In this document: piece after piece, positions 40,071 through 52,689 of the stretch
Layout: each line of letters opens with the position of its first letter
Position numbering within the stretch: position 1 is the stretch's first letter
Origin: Octopus bimaculoides
Taxonomy: Eukaryota
Reading direction: 5' to 3'
Length of the DNA stretch: 64,000 bases
Assembly (NCBI RefSeq): GCF_001194135.2
Contig: NC_068981.1
Location: 129,727,427-129,791,426 of the forward strand
Made by a program: the position numbers and the translations under genes
The notes under the pieces: model-generated
Seen by the model: the letters and a program-made list of their open reading frames with translations, nothing else
Told to the model about the DNA's origin: nothing
Database searches by the model: none

Positions 40071-41267
40071 TGAGAGGACAGTGATCCTAAAAAATATGTA
40101 CTCTCTGGGATGCTTCTTGAATTCAAAAAGTGAGATATTTAGCCACTACCTTCATAACAGAAAATTCAGTTTGAAAACGTGATCTTCTCCATTTGCAGAC
40201 TAGAGAATAGAAATAACATATGCAGGCACAGCAGAAATGCTTCAGCCACAAGTGGAATTGTACAAGGGAGTCAACTATTCTTTCTCTCTCAGAGGGAATA
40301 CACATATTCATATACATACAAATATGCACCAACACACTTTTTATAGACACATATTAATATAAAATATATGAATTAGATAAATGGACATATATACATTTAG
40401 ATGAACCCATATAAGTATTAAAAAGATATATTAAACAGAGCCCAAAGTAAATGTATTTTTTACTTTTCATGTGATTGCTTTATGTGGATAAGAAGATAAT
40501 ATTGTAGAAAATTAAAAAGGTCACCATCAGATTAACAAGTCTAACAACATGTTTTTTGACTTGTTAATCTGATTGCATATCAATCATTTACCTACCTGAA
40601 TTATGGTGGAACCTGAAGAATTGAGAGATTCAATGTAATGTATTGCATAATTTCATAGAATTTGTATGTCTTACATACCAACATGTATGATGTTAGGTTG
40701 CAATAAAATCTCTCAATGAAACATTGTAGTAATACCATAAAATCCATTTGTCTGTTTTTATTTTATTGGGTTGGCAACTAACCTTGGTGGACCCCTACCT
40801 TTACTCGGAATTCTTCACTGTACTCGTTGTCAACCTTCACTTTACTGACAGCGTCTCTGTACATGGCTTGCACAGCTCTCACTAACCATTCATCTATCCC
40901 TAGTTTCTTCATTGACCACCAGATAAGGGATCATGAGATCCTGTCAAAGGCTTTCTCCATGTCAACAAAAGCCAGGAACAGAGGTTTATCTTTGGCTAGG
41001 TATTTCTCTTGCAGCTGTCTTACCAGAAATATAGCATCAGTGGTGCTTTTTCCTGGAATGAACCCACACTGCATCTCGTCTAAGCTGACTCTCTCCCTAA
41101 TTTGTTGGGCTATGACTCTCTCGGTGACCTTCATTATCTGGTCCAACAACTTGATACCTCTGTAATTGTTTGTGTCTAAAGCGTCACCTTTACCTTTGCA
41201 GCAGTTGACTATGGTGCTGCTACACCACTCATTGGGTATGACTCCTTCGTGTATCACCTGATTAACT

Positions 41268-42627
41268 TGTAGTGAAACCTCTCTCTCGGGCATTCAATCA
41301 CAAATGATAACGAAGCTGCTAACATCTAGCCTTAGGCTGCCTTTCCCTTCTACGTCGACATCTCCTTTGGTTTGCACGGTCGAAGTATTACAAACTGGTG
41401 ACCCCGACGTGATTCTGTTCATGCAGTTTCTCTTTAATGGCGATTTTTTATGCCAGCTTTAGGACCAACCGTTTTTTCAGTTCTTTCACTACAATCATTT
41501 TTCTGTGTCATCTGATTTGTCTTCGACACACAGACTGGTGTGAGGCTATTGTAGTGAAACCTCTCTCTCCGGCTTTCAATCACAAATGATAATGAAGCTG
41601 CTAACATCTAGCCTTAGGCTGCCTTGGACCCTTCTGTCCTACATCCTGATTGGTTCTTATTTGTGTGGCAATTGTCCCCATGTTCTGATTGCTAAGGGGG
41701 CATTACATCCAATCGGCGGCTTCAGATAAGATCACATGAGAAGGAGTTTTTCTGGGTTTCCGGTGAGCCCTTTTTTGCCTATAAATAAGCCCGATCCAAC
41801 GACGGCAATCGTCTTCGATTCCAGATCTCTCTCAGGTCTGGTCGCTGACCACACATACAGAACACTGCTACAGCCAGTTCCAGCGCCGACGTCTTCACCA
41901 CAAATGTACTGTCTACCACAATGTCGTGCGCCAGCAACCCCACCACCAGGGACACACCAATATCAACACACTCGGTTTTAAATCGACCCTGTTTGGGTGG
42001 ATTGTTTCCACTCACGAACAACAGTCAGACCTAACCAGCGAGAATATTCTGTATCAGGTAAACGGTCACAGCATTCGACACTCAACACACATCTTGTGAC
42101 TCCACAGCTCTGCTACTTGGCCACAACTCCCTGTGTATGAACATTCTATCTCCTTGTGTAATTCTAATACGAACTGGTATTTCTCTATCTCAGTGTTTAA
42201 GACTTGTAGTCTATGTTACAGACACTCTTTCTATTTTCTGTGTTCCACTCATTCACACGCACACTTGTACTCTCACATATTGTACAGACACTATAGCTTA
42301 TACGACTGTCCGTCACTTCATATTGTTGTATACCTTCTCTTTTGTACATGTAGGCCTGACTTATCTACTGTGTTATTTTATATGCCGCATGCACGCGCAC
42401 ACAGACACAAACAGTTTCACTATGTTAATAAATTTATTCTCATTATATATCTAACGGTTGAGTTTGTCTTAAGTTCTTTTACTGGCACTATGGCTTGTAT
42501 CTCTCACGATGCGCCTTTTATCTTATATATATATCTTGTTTTGTGTTCGACCGTGCGACATGGTAAAAAGGAGCCTTTTGCCGTCTACGTCGCCATCTCC
42601 TTTGGTTCGCACGGTCGAAGTATTACA
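41268..42627 (+). mobile_element. Non-autonomous miniature LTR retroelement (deleted 5' LTR 41268-41392, internal region 41393-41549, 3' LTR 41550-42627)
   Basis: TGTAGT..ATTACA termini on both LTRs, TSD AACT (41264-41267 and 42628-42631), PBS, TATAAA at 41780 and AATAAA at 42427. Confidence 0.93.
41396..41414 (+). promoter_or_regulatory. Primer-binding site complementary to the tRNA-Trp 3' end
   Basis: TGGTGACCCCGACGTGATT is the reverse complement of ..AATCACGTCGGGGTCACCA, the conserved metazoan tRNA-Trp(CCA) 3' end (recalled sequence). It starts 3 nt after the 5' LTR. Confidence 0.88.
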
Positions 42628-44289
42628 AACTATATGGGTGACTAGGTTATAGCCGACACTGCCAGATATTTTGAGCATTTCTGCAGTGATTCCTGATGGG
42701 CCTGGGGCTTTCCCTGTCTTTATACTCTTGATTGCTTTATCTACCAAGGTACTGTCAATTAGTATAGCTGGTCCCTCTGTTGGGTCGACATGCAGTAGAC
42801 TCTCTTCCTCTCATTCATTCTCTTTATTAAGCAACCTTTCATAGTGGCGTCTCCAAACCTCTCTCTTTGCATCCTCGTTTAGTGCAAGTGAGCCATCATC
42901 CATGCGGACACATTTCTCTCCTACGACATCATGATTCTCTCACACACTGTTTTGCAACACGAAATACTTCAAGTCTTTGGTCCTCACGGTGCAGAACATT
43001 GGCAAATTTTTTCTTATTTGCTTCCCCTCCGGCTAAGTAAAACTCTCTCCTAGCTTCCCTTCTTGCAGTCTGATACAATTCCCTGCTACCTCCGTTCTTC
43101 CAGTCCTTCCAATCCTGTTTCTTTTGTCTAATAGCCCTGTCAACCACATTGTTCCACCACCACGTTACTTTGGGTCGAGAGGGGACTTTGCACCAGCCAC
43201 AGATCTGGTCGGTGGCTCTCAGCAGGTTGTCCCGTAGAAACCTCCAATTGTCTTCCACGTTGTGTGATTCTATATCCCCTTCTATTTCATCAAATACTTC
43301 AAGTAAGACATTTCTAAATCTCTGATATGTATGTATATATTAGCCTTGAAGGGTACCTTTGAGGCCTTCAACCCATTATTGGACCACTTTGTAGCCTTCT
43401 ACCCTTGTGTAATGTAATAGACTTGAACACATTTATTGTTTATGTATCTTCTGGTATTAATTATTCGATACCCCATTCCAAACTCCCTAACTGACATATA
43501 TTCACACACCCATACCCATACACTCAATACCTATACTTCACTTGCACCAATACCTAAACCCCCATGTCCCATTAACTTGTTTGTCCAACATGTAACATGA
43601 ATTCCATCTCTGTAACAATGTGTCAGTGTATCAACCCTTGGACTGCTTTCTGCCAGCTTTGCTGATAGACATACAGCTAGTTTCTAGTTTGACTTACATC
43701 TTCCTATATGACTTGACTTACAGCTATCTTTCTAGCCTTGAAGCTTCCCTTCAGGTGGCATTCAGGCTAGCTCCTGAAGAGAGCTTTTGGGAATTTTGTA
43801 GAGTATTCAGATAGAAAAAGCTCTAGAACCTTGGGGCTGAAGGCCTCCAAAAATGGGCCACTTATTGGTCCTCAAAACTACACTGGAACCTTTTGCTCCA
43901 TTAAATCTTAGTTCAAGAGTATCATTTTTCAATCTCTTAAATCATTTCGTGTTTATTAATTGTAATATTTGTGGATAGAAGTATGAAATCACAAACCGTT
44001 AGGAGTAATTCGGTATGATAATTGTCAGGAGTAATTTTATTACTGATATCATACATTTATTATAGCATGATGTATGGTTAATAATAACAAACACATTATA
44101 ACCTCTCATGAATTTTACTATGTTGAATGTGTACATTGAAAATCATTTTATTTACAATACAATAATATTAAATCATATTCATGTGTTTAATGATAAAACT
44201 CTAATTAGGAATCAGAACATCCCTAAACAGCAATCTTCAGTGCAGAAAGATTGCCTGTTCTTGAATGCTGACATAATGCTGACCATGGG

Positions 44290-44825
44290 TAAATATTAGG
44301 TTGCGTAGTCAGACTCCATTCCATGTGGAATTGCAACGGGCTTACCATTTACGTTTGAAGTTCCATCACCAAGGCTTAGGGTCTACTTATCAAATGCTTC
44401 TAATTCAGGATCAGTACCTTCTCTGACATGCATGTTCTCCAAGAGGATGAACACTTGGAAGTGTTTCCAGATCATAGACTTCTTGTTGCAGTTCTTGATG
44501 ATTTGAGCCTGAGTAGCCCCACATGCTATAGGAAGGCACTGGCAAAAATCTCCAGCCAGGATAAGAATTTTTCCACCGAAAGGTTGATTTTCATTACCCA
44601 TAAGGTCTTGCAGTGTGTGATCAAGAACTTCTAATTGATATTGGTGCAGCATTGTACCTCAGCAATCAAAAGGATTTTGACACTCCTTACTAATTTCGCA
44701 ACATTGCTCTGAGCTGGGATGTGGAGAGTTGATGTTTCTGTTGGATAAAGAGGTGCCTTCATTCTTAAGTGGAAAGTTCTGCCCAGATGTAAAAGGTGTG
44801 CAGCAATGCCAGTTGTTGCCATAGG
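44290..44825 (-). pseudogene. Helitron PIF1-type helicase fragment
   Basis: [55 protein letters not shown] (cf. A.SGIAA.LL..GRT.HS, FGG..GDFRQ.LP, L..NMR). Frameshifted. Confidence 0.88.
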
Positions 44826-44827
44826 TC

Positions 44828-44935
<108 letters not shown>

Positions 44936-45067
44936 GTTTACTGAGTGGCTTGGTGCATTGTCTAAAACAGCTATATTTTGGTGGAAATATTGTATCTGGC
45001 ACTGTACCTACACCAGGGTACAGTTACAACCATTGTTTTCATAATTTAACTAAATATCTTTAAAATC

Positions 45068-45466
45068 TTTTATCTTTTACTTGTTTCAATCAATTAGACT
45101 GTGACCATATAGAGCATCACCTTGAAGAATTTTTTAGTTGAATGCATTGATCCCTGTACTTATTTTTTTTAAAGCCTGGTACTTATTCTATCAGTCTCTT
45201 TTACTAAACACACAAGCACTGGTTGTCAAGTAGTGGGTGGGGGAGACAAAGACAGACACAAAGATACATACACACAGATACACATACATATATACATATA
45301 TACAATGGGTTTCCTTCAGTTTTCATTTACCAAATCCACTCACAAGGCTTTGGTTGACCTAAGACTATAGTAGAAGACACTTGCTCAAGATGCCATGCAG
45401 TTGTTTGAACCCCAAACCATGTGTTTGGGAAGCAAGCTTCTTACCACACAACCACACCTATGCCTT
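45068..45466 (-). mobile_element. SINE family B, full length
   Basis: Reverse complement homologous to 46071-46428, including the internal (TG) tract and the ..GAAACAAGTAAAAGA tail. Confidence 0.8.
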
Positions 45467-45959
45467 AGTATGATGTATGTTTTAAATTTATTGAAGACAT
45501 AGCGATTAAAATGGTTTTCATTCTTTACTTAATTTCTTTGAAATATTCTTATGATTGCTACATTTATTGCAGTTTCTTTGAAATATTCTTATGATTGCTA
45601 CATTTATTACAATTTCTGTTACAAAAAAAATTTCACTTTCCATTTTGAAGTTGACTTAATATATTAATTTTCATATCCAGAGAAATTTATTTTCTTGACA
45701 TTTAAAAGTCTTACTCAGTTTCAAAAATATTCATCNNNNNNNNNNNNNNNNNNNNNNNNNNNNNNNNNNNNNNNNNNNNNNNNNNNNNNNNNNNNNNNNN
45801 NNNNNNNNNNNNNNNNNNNNNNNNNNNNNNNNNNNNNNNNNNNNNNNNNNNNNNNNNNNNNNNNNNNNNNNNNNNNNNNNNNNNNNNNNNNNNNNNNNNN
45901 NNNNNNNNNNNNNNNNNNNNNNNNNNNNNNNNNNNNNNNNNNNNNNNNNNNNNNNNNNN

Positions 45960-46007
<48 letters not shown>

Positions 46008-46010
46008 AAT

Positions 46011-46057
<47 letters not shown>

Positions 46058-46070
46058 TATATACATCGGT

Positions 46071-46426
46071 ACAGGCATGGCTGTGTGGTAAGACACTTGC
46101 TTCCCAACCACATGGTTTTTGGGTTCAGTCCCACTGCATGGAATTTTCGGCAAGTGTCTTCTGCTATAGCTTCGGGCCAGCCAAGGACTTGTGAGTGGAT
46201 TTGGTAGATGGGAACTGAAAGAAGCCCATCATAAGTATATATTTGTATGTCCTCTCCACCACCATCACTTGACAACCAATGTTGGTGTGTTTACGTTCCC
46301 TTAACTTAGTAATTCAGCAAAATAAACTGATAGAATAAGTACTAGGCTTACAAAGAATAAGTCTTGAGATCAACTAAAGGCAGTGCTCCAGCATGGCTGC
46401 AGTCAAATGACTGAAACAAGTAAAAG

Positions 46427-46428
<2 letters not shown>
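46071..46428 (+). mobile_element. SINE family B, full length
   Basis: AGGCATGGCTGTGTGGTAAGA..GGGTTCAGTCCCACTGC..GGCAAGTGTCTTCT..GGCAGTGCTCCAGCATGGCTGCAGTCAAATGACTGAAACAAGTAAAAGA. Confidence 0.85.
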
Positions 46429-46504
<76 letters not shown>

Positions 46505-46991
46505 TCAAGTTGTGATGTTTAACTCCAAGTCATTATTGAGGAAGAACTCATAAAAGCAATTGAAGTAGAGAATGAATGTACCATTGAAAATGTCACCTAA
46601 ATCCAATATTATGGATGCAGTGGACATCTTAGCTGAATCAAGTTATGAATGTTGTTTGGCAAAACATGGCCAGACTATATCTGTTAATAGCAAAACCTGA
46701 ATCAGTTAAACTGGTACATGAACAGACAAATCAAGGTGGGTGCCAAGAAGAGAATGGGTAACTGCTGGCATGTATCTTACTTATATATTCACATATATAG
46801 ATACATACATCTACATACTCATACAGGTTTTTTTTTTTTTACCAGCCAGAAGTCAGCTAGTTCCCAGAATATTGTTGACATTGGGAAATGATTTAGTTTG
46901 AAGAAGTCACAGAACATCATGTGATTAAGTTGCTAGAATCCCATAGAGGTTGTTTGTCCAAAGAAAAACTGATGATGTTAGAGCAGTGGTA

Positions 46992-47247
46992 TAGGCGAGC
47001 TGGCAGAAGAAGGCGGCGAGCTGGCAGAAACGTTAGCACGCCGGGCGAAATGCTTAGTGGTGTTTCGTCTGCCGTTACGTTCTGAGTTCAAATTCCGCTG
47101 AGGTCGACTTTGCCTTTCATCCTTTCGGAGTCGATAAATTAAGTACTAGTTACGCACTGGGGTCGATGTAATCGACTTAATCCCTTTGTCTGTCTTTGTT
47201 TGTCCCCTCTATGTTTAGCCCCTTGTGGGCAATGAAGAAATAAGAAG
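46992..47247 (+). mobile_element. SINE family A, young copy with duplicated 5' start
   Basis: GGCGAGCTGGCAGAA occurs twice at the head. CpG-rich body; GGTATAGG on both flanks is a possible TSD. Confidence 0.85.
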
Positions 47248-47469
47248 AGGGTATAGGAGCTTCACCCATTCTGATTGACTGCAAAGAATACGGCTAAAGG
47301 AATGGTTTTTATAGAGTGCAAGTCTTTACTAATAATGATCATAACTATGACTAGAAGTCAAAAGAGATCATAAGCTCAATTCATATTGGGCTATGCATAG
47401 AGATTGTACACCATAAATACCACACAGTTTTGAATAAATTCTTCACCCTGCAGCAGATGCTGATGATAA

Positions 47470-48240
47470 TGATCTGTAAGGCAGAGGACAGTGCTCCTCC
47501 CCTTCCTTCCTGTAACTTGCATTATTCCACCTCCCATCACACTGCTGTCAACATCAATTGTGGCAATTATGTATTGTCTATTCTGTTTCCTGAATTAAGT
47601 TTTCTGACTCGTGTGTTCACTTGGTTGCTAGGAGATGAGGTGATTGGTTTCTTAAAGTTTGTGTTGTATGTAGATTATTCACATCATAGAACACCAGTTA
47701 TCTTGATCCCTTCTCATTTGTTGTATGATGTCTATATACACCATAGAAGCTCTTGTAGTATTGTCCAGTATAACCATTAAAATTTGCAGTCACAATAATG
47801 AGGTTGTTGTCATTTGTTTCTCAATTGTTTTGAATTAATCTGGAAGGGCCTCATAAAAGCTGTCCTTCAGTTCATCTGCCAGTCGTAAGCATGGTGTGTA
47901 AGCTGAAATAAATTTTGATGTTTTATTGTCTATATCTAGTCTAAGCATAATTACCTCATCACACATTCTGATGACTACAATCACTTTATCTATACATTTT
48001 TCAGATGACACTATAGTAATTTACACCCACCCAATCACTATTATCTGTCCAGAAGAATTTGTATCACTGTTCAATGCCTGTGAGGAATTTGACTGAAGCC
48101 TCCTTCTAGCTTTAATTCTTGCACACAGCACACCTCCACTCACCTTCACTCCAACATCCCCATAATCTCTCCAGACTTATCTTTCATTGTGATGACATTG
48201 ATGGTGACAACCTTAAACTTTTTGATCTCAACGAAAGCAG
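47470..48240 (-). mobile_element. RTE-LINE apurinic endonuclease relic
   Basis: Minus strand AYTPCLRLADELKDSFYEAL..DCKFNGYTG-like segment..VNNLHTTQTLRNQSPHL, the YAP..FY..GDFNG..NNL..N architecture. Confidence 0.65.
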
Positions 48241-48321
48241 GAGGAATTCCAGTATTGATTTAGCTGGATGTTGATTTACATTACTTTGTATGATTGCTTA
48301 TTGATGATCAAAAAACTCTCA

Positions 48322-48775
48322 CACATAGCAAGATAGTAAAATATACGAAGCCCAGTGTATCCATCTTGACTACCTGTCTGATAAGGGTACCCCAGGCACA
48401 TAAATCATATGTGCGTGACATGGTGATCTCAGATCAAGATAAACCGTGCATTACCTTGCAGGTGGGGCCCAGTTAGAATTTTCTTCAGATCGAGTAGCCC
48501 ATCCTGCTCAAAAGGTCCCTGAATAAGGGTTGTTTAAGGGTGTTGAATGAAACCCCATGTTTCCAGAGGTGACTTATCCAAATCCCAAAGAATTCCTCTC
48601 AATACATGGCTATGATGCTCCCCTACTACTTCTGCTCGTGATCAGAGATGCACATATCATCAGCCACTAAGAGACATGCTCAACTAGTTATGGTCAAGCA
48701 ACAGACAAGCAAATCTGTGGTATTGAGCAGAATATTTGCTGTAACCCATCTCTTATACCAAGACAAAACAATGTA
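48322..48775. repeat. Probable interspersed repeat of unassigned class
   Basis: GC-richer block between LINE relics that I recall as a common octopus repeat. No coding motif seen; class not determinable here. Confidence 0.35.
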
Positions 48776-48804
48776 CGTAACACTTCCAATATTATTATTA
48801 TTAT

Positions 48805-49368
48805 GTTGTTTTTTTTTCTTCTTTCTTCAAATTTTCTTCCATTTATTGCCGAGTGTTTTCCATACACCTAGGGCAGAGAAACACATTGTATGCATTCCCA
48901 GTTTACACACGTAAATTCACAGGTAAAATATGTATTTAAAAAAAAAATTAATAAATAAAAAAAATTCATGAATGGATTTTGTTTTCACAGCGATAATGCT
49001 CTTCTCAGTACATGAGTCGTTCCAGTTAACACGATTTTTTGCACTTCCTGTAGGGATGGTAAACCTGGTATCATTTTCAAATAGGTTTCAGTACCTTTTT
49101 TTTATCATTCCTAGAGATCCTACAATCACTGGTACGGTAGTCGCCTTGAGGTGCCACATTTTTTTCAATTTCTATTAGCAAGTCTTTATATTTATTGATC
49201 TTGTCAAATTCTTTCGCCGCTATATTATGATCGCAAAGAATACTCATGTCAATTAATAAACACATCTTCTTTGTCTGATCTTTTATAATAATATCTGGTT
49301 TATTAGCTTTTATAGCCTTGTCGGTATGTACGGGGAAGTCCCAGTGAATCGATACATTTTCTCCCTCA
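48805..49368 (-). mobile_element. 5'-truncated R4/Dong-clade non-LTR retrotransposon (restriction-like endonuclease end) within a (TAA)n tract
   Basis: WDFPVHTDKAIKANKPDIIIKD..LLIDMS..KEFDKINKYKDL..PVIVGSLG..LTGTTHVLRRALSL* (RPD..ID..K..KY RLE motif). (ATT)n on both flanks. Confidence 0.88.
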
Positions 49369-50009
49369 TTTATTATTATTATTATTATTATTATTATCAT
49401 TATTCAATTTGACTCAGGTTTGTTCTTATTCCTGGTACAATTTATGTGGAAAGTGGGTTACTACCTGTAACCTTAGATATCCACAAGCTTTCAATAATCT
49501 TTTAAATGCACAAAGCCCGGATCTATTTTAAAATGGGGGCCACATTTTTCATTAATGTTTTACGTAGTGTTTTTGGTACAGAAAGACTTTCAAACTTCGT
49601 ATACTTATCTATTTTGTGTTATAGAACAGAAAAATATTTTTGTATTCAAATTTATTTCATGTAAAAAATTGTCTTATTTCGATAATTTCAACCAATCACT
49701 GACAAGTATTCAGTTGTTTATATTTACTCCTTTGGCTGATTAAGCGATGTAAAGCATATTTAATCTCCATACCTTCGTTTTATTTGCTTTTTTCATTTTA
49801 AATTTGCTTTAACCCTAACCCTAACCCTAACGTTAGGGTTAGGGTTAATTGTTTCAGAATCGTTTGTTTATGTAGTCGGCACTTAATGTATATCNNNNNN
49901 NNNNNNNNNNNNNNNNNNNNNNNNNNNNNNNNNNNNNNNNNNNNNNNNNNNNNNNNNNNNNNNNNNNNNNNNNNNNNNNNNNNNNNNNNNNNNNNNNNNN
50001 NNNNNNNAT

Positions 50010-50750
50010 AATCTTTCCTGTTCCTAAGAGGCAAACTTTCAGTAGAAGCTCTACAGCTTACAGTTCCTAATGCTCCAATTATTACAGGCATAACCTTTAT
50101 AATTTTTATTTTCCAAATTCTTGCAATTTCAAATTTTAAGGGATTGAATTTTTTAATTTTTCTTCTTTCTTTACAATCAAAGGGACATGTCAAATCGTCC
50201 AACCCATGCTAGCATGGAAAGCGGACGTTAAACGATGATGATGATGATGATGATGATAGATCAATTAGTAAGCAACTTCGCTTTTTCTTGTCTATTATTG
50301 TTGTATTTGTTTTTTTAAATTTTCTAGCTTATCTGTTTGAATAGGAATATCCCATAAAATCTTGTATTTCTCTGACTCAAGCAACTCCTTCAACCTGAAG
50401 ATTGTACCAAGTACTTCCAGCTTCAAATCCCCATTTCTGACAAAGCTTCCAGTGCAAAACTTTCACAACTTGATCATGCCTATTTTCTCAAGTTATTTGT
50501 TTTTAATGCTTGATCTTGAGCTGTTATAATAAGGCTCTCTGCTCCTTTTTTCAGTTGTCCTTTTTTCAACCAACCCCAGGTTTTTGTTCCACATACATCC
50601 TCAGTGGCTTTCCAAAACTGACCATGCAAAGGTTTCTCTTCAATCTGCTTAACGCACTCTCTTTGAATTTCATTCTTGTCCTTTTCTCCTATTCCACCCT
50701 TGATCACCTGTTCTTTATTCACTGCCTTTATTAATATCTCTGGAAAAAAA
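50010..50750 (-). mobile_element. Older R4/Dong-clade fragment interrupted by an RTE tail (50187-50257)
   Basis: EKPLHGQF..KTWGWLKKGQLKKGAESLIITAQDQAL and LKFEIARIWKIK..VMPVIIGALG. Confidence 0.8.
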
Positions 50751-50924
50751 TGATTTGCAGTATTTGTTCTAGCTTTCTATGTCCTGAATTTAAATTCCCC
50801 TGTGGTCAACTTTGCTTTTCAATAAAATGAAGTACCAGTTAATTACTGGGTTGACACTATCTGCTGTTCCTCTCTCTTCTAAACTTTTGGCATTGTCCCT
50901 CTATTAGAAACAATTATTATGAGT

Positions 50925-51487
50925 GTATAGGTAGCATTGTCAGGGCATCAGACAAAATACCTTGCAATATTCCTTCTGGCGCTTTATATTCTGAGTTCAA
51001 GTCCTATTAAGGTTGACTTTGCCTTTCATTCTTACGGGATTCATAAAATAAGTACCAGTTGAGCACTGGGGTTGATGTAACTGACTAGCTCCCTCTCAGC
51101 CAAATTCCAGACCTATAAGTAATACAAAGGATTATTATTATTATTATTGCTGTTGTTGTTGTTGTTATTATAATAATAATAATTATTATTATTAAGGCGG
51201 TGAGCTGGCAAAATCATTAGCATGATGGGTGTAATGCTTAATAGTATTTTGTCTGTCTTCATGTTCTTAGTTCAAATTCCACTGAGGTCAACTTTGCCTT
51301 TCATCCTTTCGGGGTCGGTAAAATAAATATCAGTTGAGTACTGGGATTGATGTAATTGACTATCCCTCTCCCCCACAATTTCAGGTCTTGTGTCTATAGT
51401 AAAAAGTATTATTATTATTATTATTTTTAAAGGCGGTGCTCCAGCATGGCCGTAGTCAAATGACTGAAATAAATAAAAGAGTTATTA

Positions 51488-51548
<61 letters not shown>

Positions 51549-51565
51549 TATTATTATTATTATTA

Positions 51566-51602
<37 letters not shown>

Positions 51603-51690
51603 CATTATCATCATTATTATTATTGTTATTAAGGCAGTGAGCTAGCAGAATCATTAGCTCATCGGACAAAATGCTTGGTGCATTTCTTCT
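50925..51690 (+). mobile_element. Cluster of SINE A copies (50925-51130, 51195-51420, 51632-51690) and a SINE B tail (51430-51480), separated by (ATT)n
   Basis: Repeated GGCGGTGAGCTGGCA heads and ACTTTGCCTTTCAT domains, each followed by ATT repeats. Confidence 0.8.
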
Positions 51691-52120
51691 GGCTCTTTAC
51701 ACACACACATGAATGTACGCGCACACACACACACACACACACTAAAAATTCAAGCTTTTTCCATAATGTTAAATTGCATAATGAAAGTGGATCAGATGGT
51801 AAGAAATTACACAAAAAATTTGTGCCATAATTATCTAAAATATAGAATGTTCTAAATACTTTAAGAAATAAATATCTGATGCTCACAAAATTGGTCTATT
51901 TTAGAAGAAAAATGCCAAAAAGAAATTTTTTACCTAGAACAGAAAAAAAAACAAAACAATGGATTCATATCTTCTAAAGATCAAATCCCATTTGTATAAT
52001 GCTGTAATGGACTAGGTGGTTGTTTCTGAATTACTAACTTACTGGACATAGTGACAGACTATAAACAACAACAGTTTTTATGTACATGCAAACATAAACA
52101 CAGACAAGGGAAAACACATA

Positions 52121-52194
52121 CATATGCACACTCATGCATATGCACACTCATGCATATGCACACTCATGCATATGCACACTCATGCATATGCACA
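52121..52194 (+). repeat. 16-bp minisatellite CATATGCACACTCATG, ~4.6 copies
   Basis: Direct reading. Confidence 0.9.
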
Positions 52195-52689
52195 CACAGA
52201 TAAGATGATCATATTTTTATTCACATTTGATAATTGTTTAAATCTTGTTTGTATGGTTTTATTATTGATAATATCATTAAAAATGTATTTCCTTGATTTC
52301 TATAATTTCAATTTGCTTGGCGATTCACAGAGCCAGATTGTCATAAAAACCCAGTCCTATCCATCCCTCTGTTTGTCTGTGCACATGCATGCACTTTATC
52401 CCTATATACAAAGTGGTATGTGTATACATATACATAGACATGCACTTTGTATGTTGGGTTATGTGTATATATTGCCTATATAGCTACTCCCTTCATACAT
52501 ACTGAACAAGGCAGTTTCTAGATGCTATGTGTAATGTGTTTTGGCATTGTTAAACTTTTAGTCTTTTAGAAACTAGACAATTCAAAAGTGCTTCAACAAA
52601 TTTTACGATGAAAACTATTCAGCAGCCTGTAGATGTCAACTTAATTTAGTCCTTACCTGGAACAATATCCAGTCCTAACTTGTAAAGGC

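Larger units (their letters stand above)
40770..43325 (-). mobile_element. RTE-clade LINE ORF fragment interrupted by an LTR element
   Basis: WWWNNVVDRAIRQKK..KAIKSIKTGKAPGPSGITAEMLK..LVTHIV | NQVIHEGVIPNEW..NYRGIKLL..GFIPGKSTTDAIF..AFVDMEKAFDR..VGVHQG. The ORF rejoins exactly when 41268-42631 is removed. Confidence 0.92.

Noticed and set aside
41550-42627. LTR element as a plant-type LTR retrozyme
   Set aside because: No CTGANGA..GAAA core found on either strand of the LTR.
46992-47095. tRNA gene call for SINE heads
   Set aside because: Box A/B-like motifs are present, but there is no complete cloverleaf and they continue into SINE bodies.
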